Assembly: GCA_963422365.1 (NCBI GenBank)
Contig: OY729426.1
Location: 1,760,001-1,824,000, forward strand
Origin: Nitrospirales bacterium
GTDB taxonomy: Bacteria > Nitrospirota > Nitrospiria > Nitrospirales > UBA8639
Length of the DNA: 64,000 nucleotides
Direction of reading: 5' to 3'
Shown here: positions 20,057-30,418 of the stretch, one piece after another
How positions within the stretch are numbered: the first letter of the stretch is position 1
Layout of the letters: each line of letters starts with the position of its first letter
Translations under genes and position numbers: made by a program
Notes under the pieces: generated by a model
The model's input: only the letters and a program-made list of their open reading frames with translations
What the model was told of the DNA's origin: nothing
Databases searched by the model: none

Positions 20057-21184
20057 GTGGGCAACAGTCAATTGGGCATTCCGACATCCAATTTCGAGGC
20101 CTCTGGTTTTTCTGAGACCGGGAGGGCGGAAATCTCGCTTGCCTCCCTCTCGGCACGTCGCTGGTTCACCCATGTGACGGGTTTAGTCCTGTTGAGCCTG
20201 TTGGTTGGAGTTGGGTGTCTCACCTTTGGAGCGAAATCCCTTCCCGTAGGGGCCGTGTTCCGGATTCTGGGAACCGTGATTCAACCCGAGGGGGAGTCAC
20301 CAGAATCGGTTGGGGTGTCCAGTATCATCCTCTTACAGGTTCGCCTTCCGCGCATTGCGTTGGCATTTTTGGTTGGGGGATCATTGGCCGCCGTGGGTGT
20401 CGGGTTGCAGGCGCTGTTGCGGAATCCCCTGGCCGAGCCGTATGTCTTGGGTCTTTCCAGTGGTGCGGCGTTTGGCGCCACGCTTGGCATGCTTTTGGGT
20501 GTCGGCGGAACGATTATGGGGTTTTCGATTCTCCCTGTTTGGGCGTTTCTCGGAGGCCTTCTCTCCATTCTGGTCGTGTATCGAATCAGCGTGACGTATC
20601 GTACGTTATCCGTGCACACGCTGTTATTGGCCGGTGTCATACTGAATGCCCTGTTTTCAGCACTGATCATGTTTGCCGTGTCCATTGCCGATCCCACACG
20701 AGCATTCGAAATGATGATGTGGTTGATGGGAACATTGAGCGCTCCGGAATACTCGACGTTGCTGGGGCTGAGCTTGTTCCTGGGAATCGGAGGCGTTCTC
20801 TTGTTCTGGTTGGCTCGACCGCTCAACATTCTGACGATGGGAGAAGACACCGCTAGGGCCTTAGGGGTTGAGATTGAACGAGTCAAAAAACTTATCTTTG
20901 TGGTGGCGGCCTTAATGACCGGTGCCGTCGTGTCCATTGCCGGTCTGATTGGATTCGTCGGGATGGTCGTGCCCCATACGGTTCGAATGATCGTGGGAGC
21001 GGATCATCGCCTTCTTTTGCCGGCTTCCGCATTGGTGGGGGGCATGTTTCTCATGGTGGCGGATACCGTGGCCCGTACGGTGTTGTCCCCGACTGAACTG
21101 CCGGTTGGGGTGGTGACCGCGTTCATTGGGGGCCCCATTTTTCTTTATTTGTTGGTCAAACGTCGTGCTGGAGTCGCCTTGTGA
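20057..21184 (+). CDS. btuC: Cobalamin ABC transporter permease (FecCD family)
   Basis: RLPR, LLRNPLAEPYVLG, IGFVGMVVPH, LPVGVVTA. Confidence 0.88.
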   Translation: MGNSQLGIPTSNFEASGFSETGRAEISLASLSARRWFTHVTGLVLLSLLVGVGCLTFGAKSLPVGAVFRILGTVIQPEGESPESVGVSSIILLQVRLPRIALAFLVGGSLAAVGVGLQALLRNPLAEPYVLGLSSGAAFGATLGMLLGVGGTIMGFSILPVWAFLGGLLSILVVYRISVTYRTLSVHTLLLAGVILNALFSALIMFAVSIADPTRAFEMMMWLMGTLSAPEYSTLLGLSLFLGIGGVLLFWLARPLNILTMGEDTARALGVEIERVKKLIFVVAALMTGAVVSIAGLIGFVGMVVPHTVRMIVGADHRLLLPASALVGGMFLMVADTVARTVLSPTELPVGVVTAFIGGPIFLYLLVKRRAGVAL

Positions 21185-21999
21185 GAGAGACATCAGAGAA
21201 CCCCGTGGCGTTTCATGTTCGAGATCTGTCCTTTCGATACGATCCCTCTCCGGATCGCGGATTGACCCTCAGCAAGTTAGGGTGTTCGATCCAGGCTGGA
21301 ACCATTGTCGGAATCATTGGCCCCAATGGATCGGGAAAAACGTCGTTTCTTAAACTGTTGATGGGGCTTCTGCGCCCGGAGTCCGGCGACATTCATTTTT
21401 TTGGGAAAGACCTCAGGAGCTTGTCACCGGTCATCATTGCCCAACAAATGGCTTTTGTTCCGCAAGAGACCTCGCAAGTGTTTCCCTTCACCCTGGGGGA
21501 GGTGGTGCTCATGGGGCGGTTTCCCTTTCATCGCCCGTTTGATGGATGGGGATGGGATTCATCGGCAGACGTCCTTCGTGCGACCCAAGCCATGCACGCC
21601 ATGGAGATCGGATCGTTGGCCGGTCGTATGATGTCAGACGTGTCGGGCGGCGAACGACAGCGCGCCATGATTGCTCGCGCGTTGACGCAAGATGCCCACG
21701 TGCTCCTCTTGGATGAACCAACGGCATTTTTAGATCTTCATCATCAGCTTGATATCGCACGGAAGCTTCGACAACTGAATCAGGAGCGTCGGTTAACGGT
21801 GCTGATGGTATCGCATGATTTAAATCTTGCAAGTCAGTGTTGCGATCAATTGCTCTTGTTGCATCAAGGGGAAATTGTCAAGCGGGGGTCTCCTCGTGAC
21901 GTGATTCGGCCGGAGATTCTCGATCCTGTGTATCGTTGTCAGATCGTCGTGGATCAACATCCACGATCGCAGGCCCCGCGCGTGACGTTGCCCGTCTGA
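21181..21999 (+). CDS. btuD: Cobalamin ABC transporter ATP-binding protein
   Basis: GPNGSGKT, SGGERQR, LLLDEPT, HDLN. Confidence 0.88.
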   Translation: MRETSENPVAFHVRDLSFRYDPSPDRGLTLSKLGCSIQAGTIVGIIGPNGSGKTSFLKLLMGLLRPESGDIHFFGKDLRSLSPVIIAQQMAFVPQETSQVFPFTLGEVVLMGRFPFHRPFDGWGWDSSADVLRATQAMHAMEIGSLAGRMMSDVSGGERQRAMIARALTQDAHVLLLDEPTAFLDLHHQLDIARKLRQLNQERRLTVLMVSHDLNLASQCCDQLLLLHQGEIVKRGSPRDVIRPEILDPVYRCQIVVDQHPRSQAPRVTLPV

Positions 22000-22008
22000 G
22001 ATATTTTC

Positions 22009-22052
22009 TGTAGCGGTAGCATCTCGGGTCACGGCCCGGGACATGCCTCATG
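22009..22052 (+). repeat. GTAG-type REP-like palindrome (family A variant)
   Basis: tgtagcggtagcat-[cgggt cacg gcccg]-ggacatgcctcatg; same flanks as the 27810 copy but a different inner hairpin. Confidence 0.55.
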
Positions 22053-22174
22053 TTGCTTTCCTTCGCTCCTGGAGAGAGGTCTGTCCCGTGGATGCGGGGT
22101 GAAGGGTGATTGTCCCATCACCTGCTTGTTCAACCATTACTTGTTCAATCATTCACGAAAGGAACGGGATAGAA

Positions 22175-22365
22175 GAGTAATTCGGCATGTGTCGGGGAAG
22201 ATGGTGCAAAGCCATCACGGTGCCGCCACTGTAAGCGGGGAATAACTCTGTAAAAATAGCCACTGGCCTGGAAAGATATGCGTGAACATTGTTTTTCGCT
22301 ACCACGCATAGGCCGGGAAGGCGCAGGGAAGTGACGATCCGCAAGTCAGGACACCCAACTGCCGT
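22175..22365 (+). promoter_or_regulatory. Cobalamin riboswitch 2
   Basis: GGGGAAGATGGTGCAAAGCCATCACGGTGCCGCCACTGTAA..GCCACTGG..GGGAAGGC..AGTCAGGACACC. Confidence 0.92.
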
Positions 22366-22407
22366 TGACTTCTCAATCCGCCCTTCGAGCCAAAGGGAGG
22401 TTGGTGT

Positions 22408-24564
22408 ATGTTTAGAATTTCTGGGTGTTTCTTGTGCTCCGCGCTTGTCCTTCTCGCTGCCTTCTCTCCAGCCTGTTTTGCCGACGCCGCACAATCTGAT
22501 TACGACACTGATGATCAAGACGTTCAGCAATTGGACGACTATGTCATCAGCGATACTCGTCTTCCCTCCCTGAAAGTCGATACGTATTCAGTTCCGGCTA
22601 AAATCACGGTCATTGCGGCCGAAGATATTCAAAAAATAGGTGCCAGAACGGTCCAAGAAGCGGTCCAATACGCGACTGGCATTGTCATGTACAACGAAGT
22701 GGGTAATGCGTTTGAACACCGCATCGATTTACGAGGGTTTAATTCGACTCCTGTTCCGTCGATCAGTGTCTTTCTTGATGGTATGCGGATCAATGAGCCG
22801 AATTTCAATACCATCAACTTTGATCTTATTCCGTTTGAAACAATTGAACGAATTGAGATCATTCCGGGACCTAACACGATTTTTGGGCAAAACACTTTAG
22901 GTGGAACCATCAATATCGTGACAAAAACTGCCTCTCGCAAGCATCAAGTTTCAGCGGAAGCGGCGCGTGGGAGTTTTGAGCATGAAAGGTTCAATGTAAA
23001 TGTGAGTGGTCCAGTTGGTGATTTCCAGTACTATCTTAATACCATACAGGAATCGGAGACCGGTTTTCGAGATGAAAGTGGTGGCCAGGTATTCCGGTTT
23101 TTTAGCAAGTTTGGATATCAGCCGTCGATGAATACTGACGTGAATTTGTCCTATACGTATGTCAAAGATCGACTCAGCCAGGCAGGGGCTAGCCCAATCA
23201 GGATTGCCGAAGTCGACCCTGAAGCCAATGTTTCTCCAGGCGACTTTTTTGACCGTGAAAATAACGTTGTTCGACTAAATGTCAAGCAAGAACTCTCTTC
23301 AGGGTTTGTTTTCTCAGGAAACGGGTTTTACCGTAATCTTCAGCAAGCCTCATTTCTTGTCAGCAACCCATTCTTTTTAGGAGGAACTTTCCCGAAAAGT
23401 ATTACTCTTGATGATACCGAAAGTTGGGGAGGGACTTTTCAGCTGTCACAAAATTTTTCTCCTTTTGGGCTCGAAAATGAAGCAGTGATAGGCGTCGAAG
23501 CCACGTGGAATGATTTTGAAAGCCAAGCGGCTTCAGCCTTTTCAGTGAGTTCTTCGGATTCGACGGAAGAAATCTTCGGTGTGTTTGCCCAAAACGCACT
23601 TCATGTTCTGCCTGAGCTGATTCTTTCAGGGGGGCTGCGTTTTAATCAGAGTGAAATCGATTTCAGCAAAAGTGAAATTTATCTCGTGACAAACACCGAG
23701 ACAATATTAAACGGCTCGAGAGCATTCGATCGAGTCACTCCCCGAGCAGGAGTGACCTATCTTGTGACGCCAACTACCAGTCTCTACTTCACCTATTCAC
23801 AAGGGTTCAGAATCCCGACCGTCCAGGAAATGTTTGCCAGTGCGTTCACGTCTAATCCTCATCTGAGACCTGTTCGCTCGAAGAATTTTGAAGTTGGCGG
23901 AAAAGCCCAAATTGGAGTATGGGGGGATGTGGCCCTTGCGTTCTATCAGTCGAATATCAAAGATGAAATTTTTCTCACATGTATCCTGTGCGATTTTTCT
24001 CCATTTGATGGGATAAACCGAAATCTCGAAAAAACGAGACGCCGTGGCATTGAAGCGACGGTACGAGTACGACCGGTTCAATTTTTTGACGGAACAATCA
24101 ATTATACGTTCACCGAAGCGCAATTCCGAAGCAGACAAAGGTTGGGATCGGGAGGGAGTGGAGTCAGGGTCGTGGATGTGGGAGATACTTTGCCGTTAGT
24201 TCCTAAAAATCGCTTGAGCATAGTTGGAAATTTTTACCCGGGCGAGGGAGTCACCGTTTCAATGATGGGCCTGTATGTCGGCACCCAGTTTTTACAAAAT
24301 GATGAGGGCAATAACCTGACACGATTGCCGGCGTATTTTGTGATCAATGGCAAAGCTTCTTACCAACATCAGATCCCGGGAGGAACCCTTAAAGCCTTTT
24401 TGCAAGTTAACAACCTGTTGGATTCTGAATATTCTACCAGGGGAATTTATGCGCCTGATAGGCTTCCTGGCGGCGATGGATCCACGGTCAGGTTTGTCGT
24501 CCCTACACCGGGGATTGCGGTGTTTGGGGGGATACGTTATCAATTTAGCGCCTTTCCAGGATAA
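22408..24564 (+). CDS. btuB: TonB-dependent cobalamin receptor
   Basis: Plug domain (IDLRGF, IERIEIIPGP..GGTINIVTK), C-terminal barrel strand, B12 riboswitch upstream. Confidence 0.85.
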   Translation: MFRISGCFLCSALVLLAAFSPACFADAAQSDYDTDDQDVQQLDDYVISDTRLPSLKVDTYSVPAKITVIAAEDIQKIGARTVQEAVQYATGIVMYNEVGNAFEHRIDLRGFNSTPVPSISVFLDGMRINEPNFNTINFDLIPFETIERIEIIPGPNTIFGQNTLGGTINIVTKTASRKHQVSAEAARGSFEHERFNVNVSGPVGDFQYYLNTIQESETGFRDESGGQVFRFFSKFGYQPSMNTDVNLSYTYVKDRLSQAGASPIRIAEVDPEANVSPGDFFDRENNVVRLNVKQELSSGFVFSGNGFYRNLQQASFLVSNPFFLGGTFPKSITLDDTESWGGTFQLSQNFSPFGLENEAVIGVEATWNDFESQAASAFSVSSSDSTEEIFGVFAQNALHVLPELILSGGLRFNQSEIDFSKSEIYLVTNTETILNGSRAFDRVTPRAGVTYLVTPTTSLYFTYSQGFRIPTVQEMFASAFTSNPHLRPVRSKNFEVGGKAQIGVWGDVALAFYQSNIKDEIFLTCILCDFSPFDGINRNLEKTRRRGIEATVRVRPVQFFDGTINYTFTEAQFRSRQRLGSGGSGVRVVDVGDTLPLVPKNRLSIVGNFYPGEGVTVSMMGLYVGTQFLQNDEGNNLTRLPAYFVINGKASYQHQIPGGTLKAFLQVNNLLDSEYSTRGIYAPDRLPGGDGSTVRFVVPTPGIAVFGGIRYQFSAFPG

Positions 24565-24778
24565 AAGGCAGGAGAAAGAGTATTTTTTTATGAATTCACC
24601 ACGACTGGTCATTTGTCGAAACCCATCATGGGGTTGGTACGAGATGATCAGCCTGGGGAGTCAGCCTGAAGGAGGTTGTGAAACGATTGCCGTTCACGCA
24701 AAATAGCAATACCATCATGAAGACTGTCAGTGTGATGTTGGGGTGTGATAGGGCTGAAGAACCCTGTGAGGGTGAACA

Positions 24779-25372
24779 GTGAGGATCTCTAAAGTCTATA
24801 CAAAAACCGGTGACGGTGGAAAAACTCGGCTTGCGGGTGGCCAAGAGATCGAGAAAGATGCGATCCGAGTGGAGGCCTATGGAACGGTTGATGAGTTGAA
24901 TTCCCTTCTTGGGTTGGCTCGTGTGTTTAATAAGGAACAGGCAGGGCTTGGGGAGACTTCCATGCAATTGGAAGCGCATTTGAAGTGGATTCAGCATAAA
25001 TTATTTGATATTGGGGGACTACTGGCCACGGCTTTTGGCCAAAAATTCAAGAATATGCCTCAGGTGACCGCTCAGCACGTGGCACAGTTGGAATGTTGGA
25101 TTGATGGGTGTCAGGAAGATCTGTCGCCGTTAAAAGAGTTCATCCTGCCGGGAGGCGGAAAAGTCTCCGGATTTTTGCATCACGCCCGGACCGTGTGTCG
25201 GCGCGCCGAGCGTGTGTGCGTTCACTTATCTCATGAGGAATCCATGAATCCTCAGATTGTTCCATTTCTGAATCGTTTGAGTGATGCGTTGTTTGTCTTT
25301 GCCCGGTGGATAGCCCATCATCAAGGAGAGCCGGAATTTTTATGGGATCGAGCAGAATCAGAAGCGTCCTAG
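24779..25372 (+). CDS. pduO: Cob(I)alamin adenosyltransferase, PduO type
   Basis: KVYTKTGDGG, YGTVDELNS, FILPGG, RTVCRRAER, LNRLSD. Confidence 0.93.
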   Translation: MRISKVYTKTGDGGKTRLAGGQEIEKDAIRVEAYGTVDELNSLLGLARVFNKEQAGLGETSMQLEAHLKWIQHKLFDIGGLLATAFGQKFKNMPQVTAQHVAQLECWIDGCQEDLSPLKEFILPGGGKVSGFLHHARTVCRRAERVCVHLSHEESMNPQIVPFLNRLSDALFVFARWIAHHQGEPEFLWDRAESEAS

Positions 25373-25827
25373 GTCTTGGGGTGTTAGTGCTTCTTCTCGT
25401 CGTGGGTTTTGTGTTTTCCCGACCGAAGGGGGGAACTCCCGATATTCCGGATGATCCTCAGGCTTACGAAGCGCTGGAATTGGTTCGTTTCCATCCTGCT
25501 CGAAATTCGCCAACGTTAGAAGATGCGATCAATACGTACGTCGACGAGTTGAAAGCTCAGGGAACTCCCCTCCATAAAGGTGAATGGCAGGTCGGAAAAG
25601 AACGCTCCGGCGTCTATGCGGTCAGAATGCTGGTTCGTGAGAAAGGGTTTAATGAATGGATTGAACGAGAGTTTGCCTGGCGGGTCACGTTAAAGGATCA
25701 AACTGTCCGAGTGATTTCTCTGGCTGCCATTCACTTTATGCCGTTTCATGAGTTGCCGCCGTTGCCGCATCAAGACCAAATATCAGGGAAACTCATGGAG
25801 CCTCCGGTGGAAAAGCAACTTGGATGA
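25342..25827 (+). CDS. Hypothetical membrane-anchored protein
   Basis: N-terminal hydrophobic segment; overlaps the pduO stop. Confidence 0.65.
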   Translation: MGSSRIRSVLGLGVLVLLLVVGFVFSRPKGGTPDIPDDPQAYEALELVRFHPARNSPTLEDAINTYVDELKAQGTPLHKGEWQVGKERSGVYAVRMLVREKGFNEWIEREFAWRVTLKDQTVRVISLAAIHFMPFHELPPLPHQDQISGKLMEPPVEKQLG

Positions 25828-26128
25828 CGCCATTTTTCACACGAGTCCGGTAGCAGGTCACGGCCCAGGCTGGCGTAGGATTTTTCAGGTATTGTCCCGT
25901 GCGTACATTAAATTTCCAGCCGTGCCACGGGCACTGTACGATTTCCCCTTCCAGCGTCCCGTCGCCGAGCGGGCCTCCTGCATGAGGACACGTATTATTC
26001 AGCGCCAGAATTTCTCCATCGACATTAAATAATGCCACACCGGGAGCGCTCTCGACTTCAACCGATAAGCAGGTTCCGGGTTCCAGACCTTCGAGTTTTG
26101 CAACGGGGATATATTTCATAACGGTCAA
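25793..26128 (-). CDS. Rieske [2Fe-2S] ferredoxin
   Basis: CPHAGGPL...CPWHGW. Confidence 0.9.
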   Translation of the reverse strand: MTVMKYIPVAKLEGLEPGTCLSVEVESAPGVALFNVDGEILALNNTCPHAGGPLGDGTLEGEIVQCPWHGWKFNVRTGQYLKNPTPAWAVTCYRTRVKNGVIQVAFPPEAP

Positions 26129-26240
26129 TTTTTATGGAAAGGTCCGAACCTTACCAAGGCATTCGTTCCGTCGCAAGTCATGAATTGGGAGCTGTTATTG
26201 ATTCAGTCCCGTTCCTGATGCTATACAAACAGCCCAACTC

Positions 26241-26783
26241 GTGATGCAGTCGATGACGCTCTTGTTAAACTCTACATATGAGCCCCTGCGGGTCGTGCAA
26301 TGGCAGAAGGCCATTACCCTTCTTTGTCAGGGGAAGGTCGAGGTCCTTGAATTCTATGATCGGGACATTCGAGGGGTCACGATTAGTTTTAAACTTCCTT
26401 CGGTGATGCGGCTTCTGAAAGTCGTCAAGTTGAAGTCCAATCATCGGTCGGTCAAGTTTTCCCGGATTAATATTTTTACTCGCGATAAATATACGTGCCA
26501 GTACTGTTGCAAACGGTTTCGCACTGAAGAACTCACGTTTGACCACGTGGTACCCATTGCGAAAGGCGGAATGAAAACCTGGGGAAATATTGTGACGGCG
26601 TGTTGGCGTTGTAATAATAAAAAGAGCGGAAGAACCCCGGAAGAAGCGAATATGTCCTTGAAGAAAAAGCCACAAAAGCCACGATGGAATCCTACCCTCA
26701 CCATCATGATCGGCATTCGGAATGCTCCGGAGAGTTGGCGTGATTATCTCTACTGGCACATGGAATTGGACTCTGATGAGTAA
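26241..26783 (+). CDS. HNH endonuclease
   Basis: RDKYTCQYC..LTFDHVVP..GG..WGNIVTAC..CNNKK. Confidence 0.92.
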   Translation: MMQSMTLLLNSTYEPLRVVQWQKAITLLCQGKVEVLEFYDRDIRGVTISFKLPSVMRLLKVVKLKSNHRSVKFSRINIFTRDKYTCQYCCKRFRTEELTFDHVVPIAKGGMKTWGNIVTACWRCNNKKSGRTPEEANMSLKKKPQKPRWNPTLTIMIGIRNAPESWRDYLYWHMELDSDE

Positions 26784-26815
26784 CGGGGCTCAGGGGGTAA
26801 GAGAGAGTTGGCATA

Positions 26816-27448
26816 ATGAATAATTCTGGTTTTCAAATTTCTTTGGATCTGCAAGGCCGGTTCTGTGTGGTGATTGGTGGTGAGGATGAAGCGGCACACA
26901 AGACCTCACAGTTGTTGCACGTTGGAGCCAAGGTCGTCGTGGTGAATCCCACCTTGAATACGCCTCTTCGGAAGCTCGCGGCCGCTGGAAAAGTTCTTCA
27001 TCGGGGACGACGTTTTCGATCGACTGACACACAGGGGGCCTTTGTTGTCCTCAATACCCTCCCGGATGATACGGATCTGGCACAGTCGTTACGTGATTTA
27101 TCGGAGGCAGAGCGGTTTCTGGTGTGGTCGATTGATCAGCCTGAGTTGTCGAATTTTATGATGCCCGCTGTGGTCCAACAAGGGGCTCTTCGTGTGGCGA
27201 TTAGTACAAGTGGTGCTTCTCCTGCACTCGCCAGCACCTTGCGGCGGAACGGCGAAGAAATATTTGATGAAGAATTTGGAAAGTTTTTGGATTGGCTGGG
27301 AGCATTGCGCCAAGACGTCCAAGCCGATGAGCCGAGTATGGAAAAAAGGAAAGAACGATTGAAAGCGGCAGTCGAAGGGTTCCAATTGACCGGCAAAGTT
27401 GAATATCCCCCGGCATGGATCGCTCACAAAGAGTCTTCTGCTTCATAA
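26816..27448 (+). CDS. Precorrin-2 dehydrogenase/sirohydrochlorin ferrochelatase (CysG N-terminal/SirC family)
   Basis: VVIGG, DQPELSNFMMPAVV..VAISTSGASPALA. Confidence 0.85.
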   Translation: MNNSGFQISLDLQGRFCVVIGGEDEAAHKTSQLLHVGAKVVVVNPTLNTPLRKLAAAGKVLHRGRRFRSTDTQGAFVVLNTLPDDTDLAQSLRDLSEAERFLVWSIDQPELSNFMMPAVVQQGALRVAISTSGASPALASTLRRNGEEIFDEEFGKFLDWLGALRQDVQADEPSMEKRKERLKAAVEGFQLTGKVEYPPAWIAHKESSAS

Positions 27449-27470
27449 TGTTCTGAAGGATGGTGTGGAT

Positions 27471-27779
27471 ATGGTCTTATTAGAATTCAGTATGTCTCCT
27501 TTGGGAAAAGGCGAAAGCGTGGGGAAATATGTATCCCGGTCTTTAAAGATTATTGACAACAGCGGAGTCGATTATCGACTGAATCCGATGGGCACGGTGC
27601 TTGAAGGAGAATGGGATGAGGTGCTTGATGTGGTTCGTCAATGCTATGAGCGGATGCAGAAGGATTGTGCCCGCATATCCTGTACGATGAAAGTTGATTA
27701 TCGGAAAGGACACAAGGGACGCTTAAGCGGGAAAGTCGCCAGCGTGGAAAAACGGCTTAAGAAGAAATTGAAGACATGA
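27471..27779 (+). CDS. MTH1187/thiamine-binding family protein
   Basis: LEFSMSPLGKGESV..YRLNPMGTVLEGEWDEV..KVDYR. Confidence 0.88.
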   Translation: MVLLEFSMSPLGKGESVGKYVSRSLKIIDNSGVDYRLNPMGTVLEGEWDEVLDVVRQCYERMQKDCARISCTMKVDYRKGHKGRLSGKVASVEKRLKKKLKT

Positions 27780-27809
27780 ATGGTCGAGACGCTCGCGTCT
27801 CTCGGTATT

Positions 27810-27853
27810 TGTAGTGCCGGCATCCCTGCTCGGAGGCAGGGACATGCCTCATG
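27810..27853 (+). repeat. GTAG-type REP-like palindrome (family A)
   Basis: tgtagtgccggcatccctgctcggaggcagggacatgcctcatg; 30/32 identical to the inverted copy at 32305. Confidence 0.7.
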
Positions 27854-27911
27854 CGGCCAGACGAAGGCGGGATGAGCCTGCCCTCGACACCCTGAGGGGG
27901 GTCTCCGCGCC

Positions 27912-29099
27912 CTACGAAGAGATCTCATCACGAATTTCCGTCAGAGGTTCATACACGCGATTCACTTTTGTCCCGAGATTGCAGAGGACTTCATAGGGAA
28001 TTGAGTCCTGCCAATTAGCCAGATCGTAGGCTGTGATTTCCTGAGTCTCCGATTTGCCCATCAAAATCACGTCGTCACCCGGTTTGATCGTGGGGCCATC
28101 GGTCACATCGACGACCGTCATATCCATACAGATTCGTCCAACAATTGGGAAGCGTTGATCATGAATGATGACCTCTCCTTTGTTCGAGAGCCTGCGATTG
28201 TACCCGTGGGCATAGCCGATGGGCAGCACGGCTAACCGAGAATCCCGCCGCGTGCGATAGACGTCACCGTAACTCACGGATTCTCCTTTTCTAGCCGTTT
28301 TCAGGTGCACGATTTTGGTGGTCAGGGTCATGACCGGTTGAAGGGAAACTGGCGTGGTTCTGTCGGGTGTCGGGGTGTACCCGTATAACAACAGTCCAGG
28401 GCGAACCATGTCCAATTGCGAATGAGGATGCCAGAGTAGCCCTGCGGTATTGGCCGCATGACGGTAGAGACGAGGTCTATCGATGGTATGCAGACTCGAA
28501 ACGGCTTCGAGAAATTGGTCAAGTTGGTGAAGGGTAAACGTCTGGTCCGGGTTATCGGCATCGGCGAGATGAGTCATGAGCCCCTGACAAAAAAAGGTGT
28601 GAGGAAACAAGGGAGACTGCAAGAGTGGGAGCACCTCCTTGGGGTTGAATCCTAATCGTCTCATTCCTGTATCCACTTTGATATGGACAGGGTAGGGGCA
28701 CATCTCTTGTGAAACTTCTTGACTCAGGGCATGGACAATGTCGGTATCGGAGAGAGTCGGAATCAGGTTGGAATGAACCAGATCTTTGACTTGCCAGGGG
28801 AAGATGCCTCCCATCACAAGAATGTCTTCGAGGATTCCAGCTTCCCGTAGGACAAGGCCTTCTTGGACTGTGGCCACTCCGAGACGCCGAATGCCAAGTT
28901 GCGATAAGGCTTCAGCCATGGCTCTGCCCCCATGGCCATAGCCATCAGCTTTGATCACCGCTACAATTTCAGTTTGTGGTGCGAGAATGCGACGAAGTTC
29001 ACGGAGATTATGGGCTATAGCGGGAAGACGAATGGTGGCAAGCGTTGGAGACAGCTCAGAAGAAGTGGTCAAGGAGGCTGGAGAAGAGGGGGAGAACAC
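27912..29099 (-). CDS. alr: Alanine racemase
   Basis: AVIKADGYGHG, HIKVDTGMRRLG, GRICMD, IPYEVLC. Confidence 0.96.
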   Translation of the reverse strand: MFSPSSPASLTTSSELSPTLATIRLPAIAHNLRELRRILAPQTEIVAVIKADGYGHGGRAMAEALSQLGIRRLGVATVQEGLVLREAGILEDILVMGGIFPWQVKDLVHSNLIPTLSDTDIVHALSQEVSQEMCPYPVHIKVDTGMRRLGFNPKEVLPLLQSPLFPHTFFCQGLMTHLADADNPDQTFTLHQLDQFLEAVSSLHTIDRPRLYRHAANTAGLLWHPHSQLDMVRPGLLLYGYTPTPDRTTPVSLQPVMTLTTKIVHLKTARKGESVSYGDVYRTRRDSRLAVLPIGYAHGYNRRLSNKGEVIIHDQRFPIVGRICMDMTVVDVTDGPTIKPGDDVILMGKSETQEITAYDLANWQDSIPYEVLCNLGTKVNRVYEPLTEIRDEISS

Positions 29100-29109
29100 G
29101 AGCAGGACC

Positions 29110-29670
29110 TTAAATCTCTAAGATTTCTTCCTCCTTTTTCTTTAAAAGTTCATCGACGAGTTGAATCTTCCCATCCACGACTTTTTGAATGTCAGCTTCG
29201 CCGCGTCGTAAGTCGTCTTCGGCAATCGTTGAGTCTTTTTGGAGGTGTTTGAGTTCATCATTGCCCTCTCGACGAATGCCTCGAATATGGATTTTCGTAT
29301 CTTCCCCATATTTCCGACACACTTTCACGAATTCCTTCCGACGTTCCTCGCTTAAGGCAGGAATCGGAATCCGAAGCACCTTCCCATCATTAGACGGATT
29401 TAAGCCGAGATCCGAGGAAAGAATGGCTTTTTCAATGTCTTTCATGCTTGAGGGGTCCCACGGCTGGATCATGATTAATCGGCTATCCGGCATCGAGAGG
29501 TTCCCCACTTGTTTTAAAGAGGTTGGTGTCCCATAGGAATCGACTTTAATCTGATCGAGGAGTGACAAGGATGCCCGACTGCCTCTGATCGAAGCGAGTT
29601 GTTTTTGGAGGTGCTTGATGGCCCCTGCCATCTTTTGTGTCAGCTTTGCGACTGTTGCCTGATATGACAT
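29110..29670 (-). CDS. frr: Ribosome recycling factor
   Basis: IEKAI..SDLGLNPSNDG..IPALSEERRKE; pyrH-frr synteny. Confidence 0.96.
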   Translation of the reverse strand: MSYQATVAKLTQKMAGAIKHLQKQLASIRGSRASLSLLDQIKVDSYGTPTSLKQVGNLSMPDSRLIMIQPWDPSSMKDIEKAILSSDLGLNPSNDGKVLRIPIPALSEERRKEFVKVCRKYGEDTKIHIRGIRREGNDELKHLQKDSTIAEDDLRRGEADIQKVVDGKIQLVDELLKKKEEEILEI

Positions 29671-29686
29671 ACGTGCTGAACCTTGG

Positions 29687-30418
29687 TTAATTGAGGACCG
29701 CGTCTTGTTTCACGAGGGTCCCAATTTTCTCGCCTGAGACTACACGTTTCAAATTGCCCGGTTCGGTGAGATTAAACACGATCAACGGAAGATGGTTATC
29801 CATGCACAGCGTAATGGCTGTGGCATCCATGACCTTCAAATTTTTGTTGAGTACAGAGAGGAATGGAAGTTCATGAAACATTTTTGCTGAAGGGTTCGCG
29901 AGTGGATCTGAATCATAAATTCCATTGACCTTGGTTCCTTTCAAGATCACGTCGGCTTTTATTTCCATCGCTCGTAGAGCAGCGGCCGTGTCGGTCGTAA
30001 AATAGGGGTTTCCGGTCCCGGCGGCAAAAATAACGACCCGCTTTTTTTCAAGGTGCCGAATGGCTCGACGACGGATGTACCCCTCTGCTAATTGCCGCAT
30101 TTCGATGGCAGATAATACGCGTGTCGCAATACCGGTTTTTTCAAGCGCGTTTTGCAGCGCGAGGCCATTCAGCATCGTTGCGAGCATGCCCATGTAGTCG
30201 GCAGCCGCTCGTTCCATCCCGCCTGCGCTAGCAGCAAGGCCTCGAAAAATATTCCCGCCACCGATCACTAACGCGACCTCTATTTTCATAGTGACGACCT
30301 CGCTGATTTCATCGGCGAGAGTGGTCAGGATGTCGGGATTAATGCCGTAGGGTTGGTCCCCGGCCAGCATTTCCCCACTGATTTTGAGGAGAATGCGGTG
30401 ATACTGAACAGGCGTCAT
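29687..30418 (-). CDS. pyrH: UMP kinase
   Basis: [25 protein letters not shown]. Confidence 0.97.
   Translation of the reverse strand: MTPVQYHRILLKISGEMLAGDQPYGINPDILTTLADEISEVVTMKIEVALVIGGGNIFRGLAASAGGMERAAADYMGMLATMLNGLALQNALEKTGIATRVLSAIEMRQLAEGYIRRRAIRHLEKKRVVIFAAGTGNPYFTTDTAAALRAMEIKADVILKGTKVNGIYDSDPLANPSAKMFHELPFLSVLNKNLKVMDATAITLCMDNHLPLIVFNLTEPGNLKRVVSGEKIGTLVKQDAVLN

Noticed and set aside
24650..24675. tggggagtcagcctgaa resembling the 3' end of the OMP paralogs
   Set aside because: Match too short, with no flanking similarity.
26241..26783. HNH gene as a mobile or RNA-guided element
   Set aside because: Stand-alone small HNH in core context with no flanking repeats, RuvC motifs or evident ncRNA.
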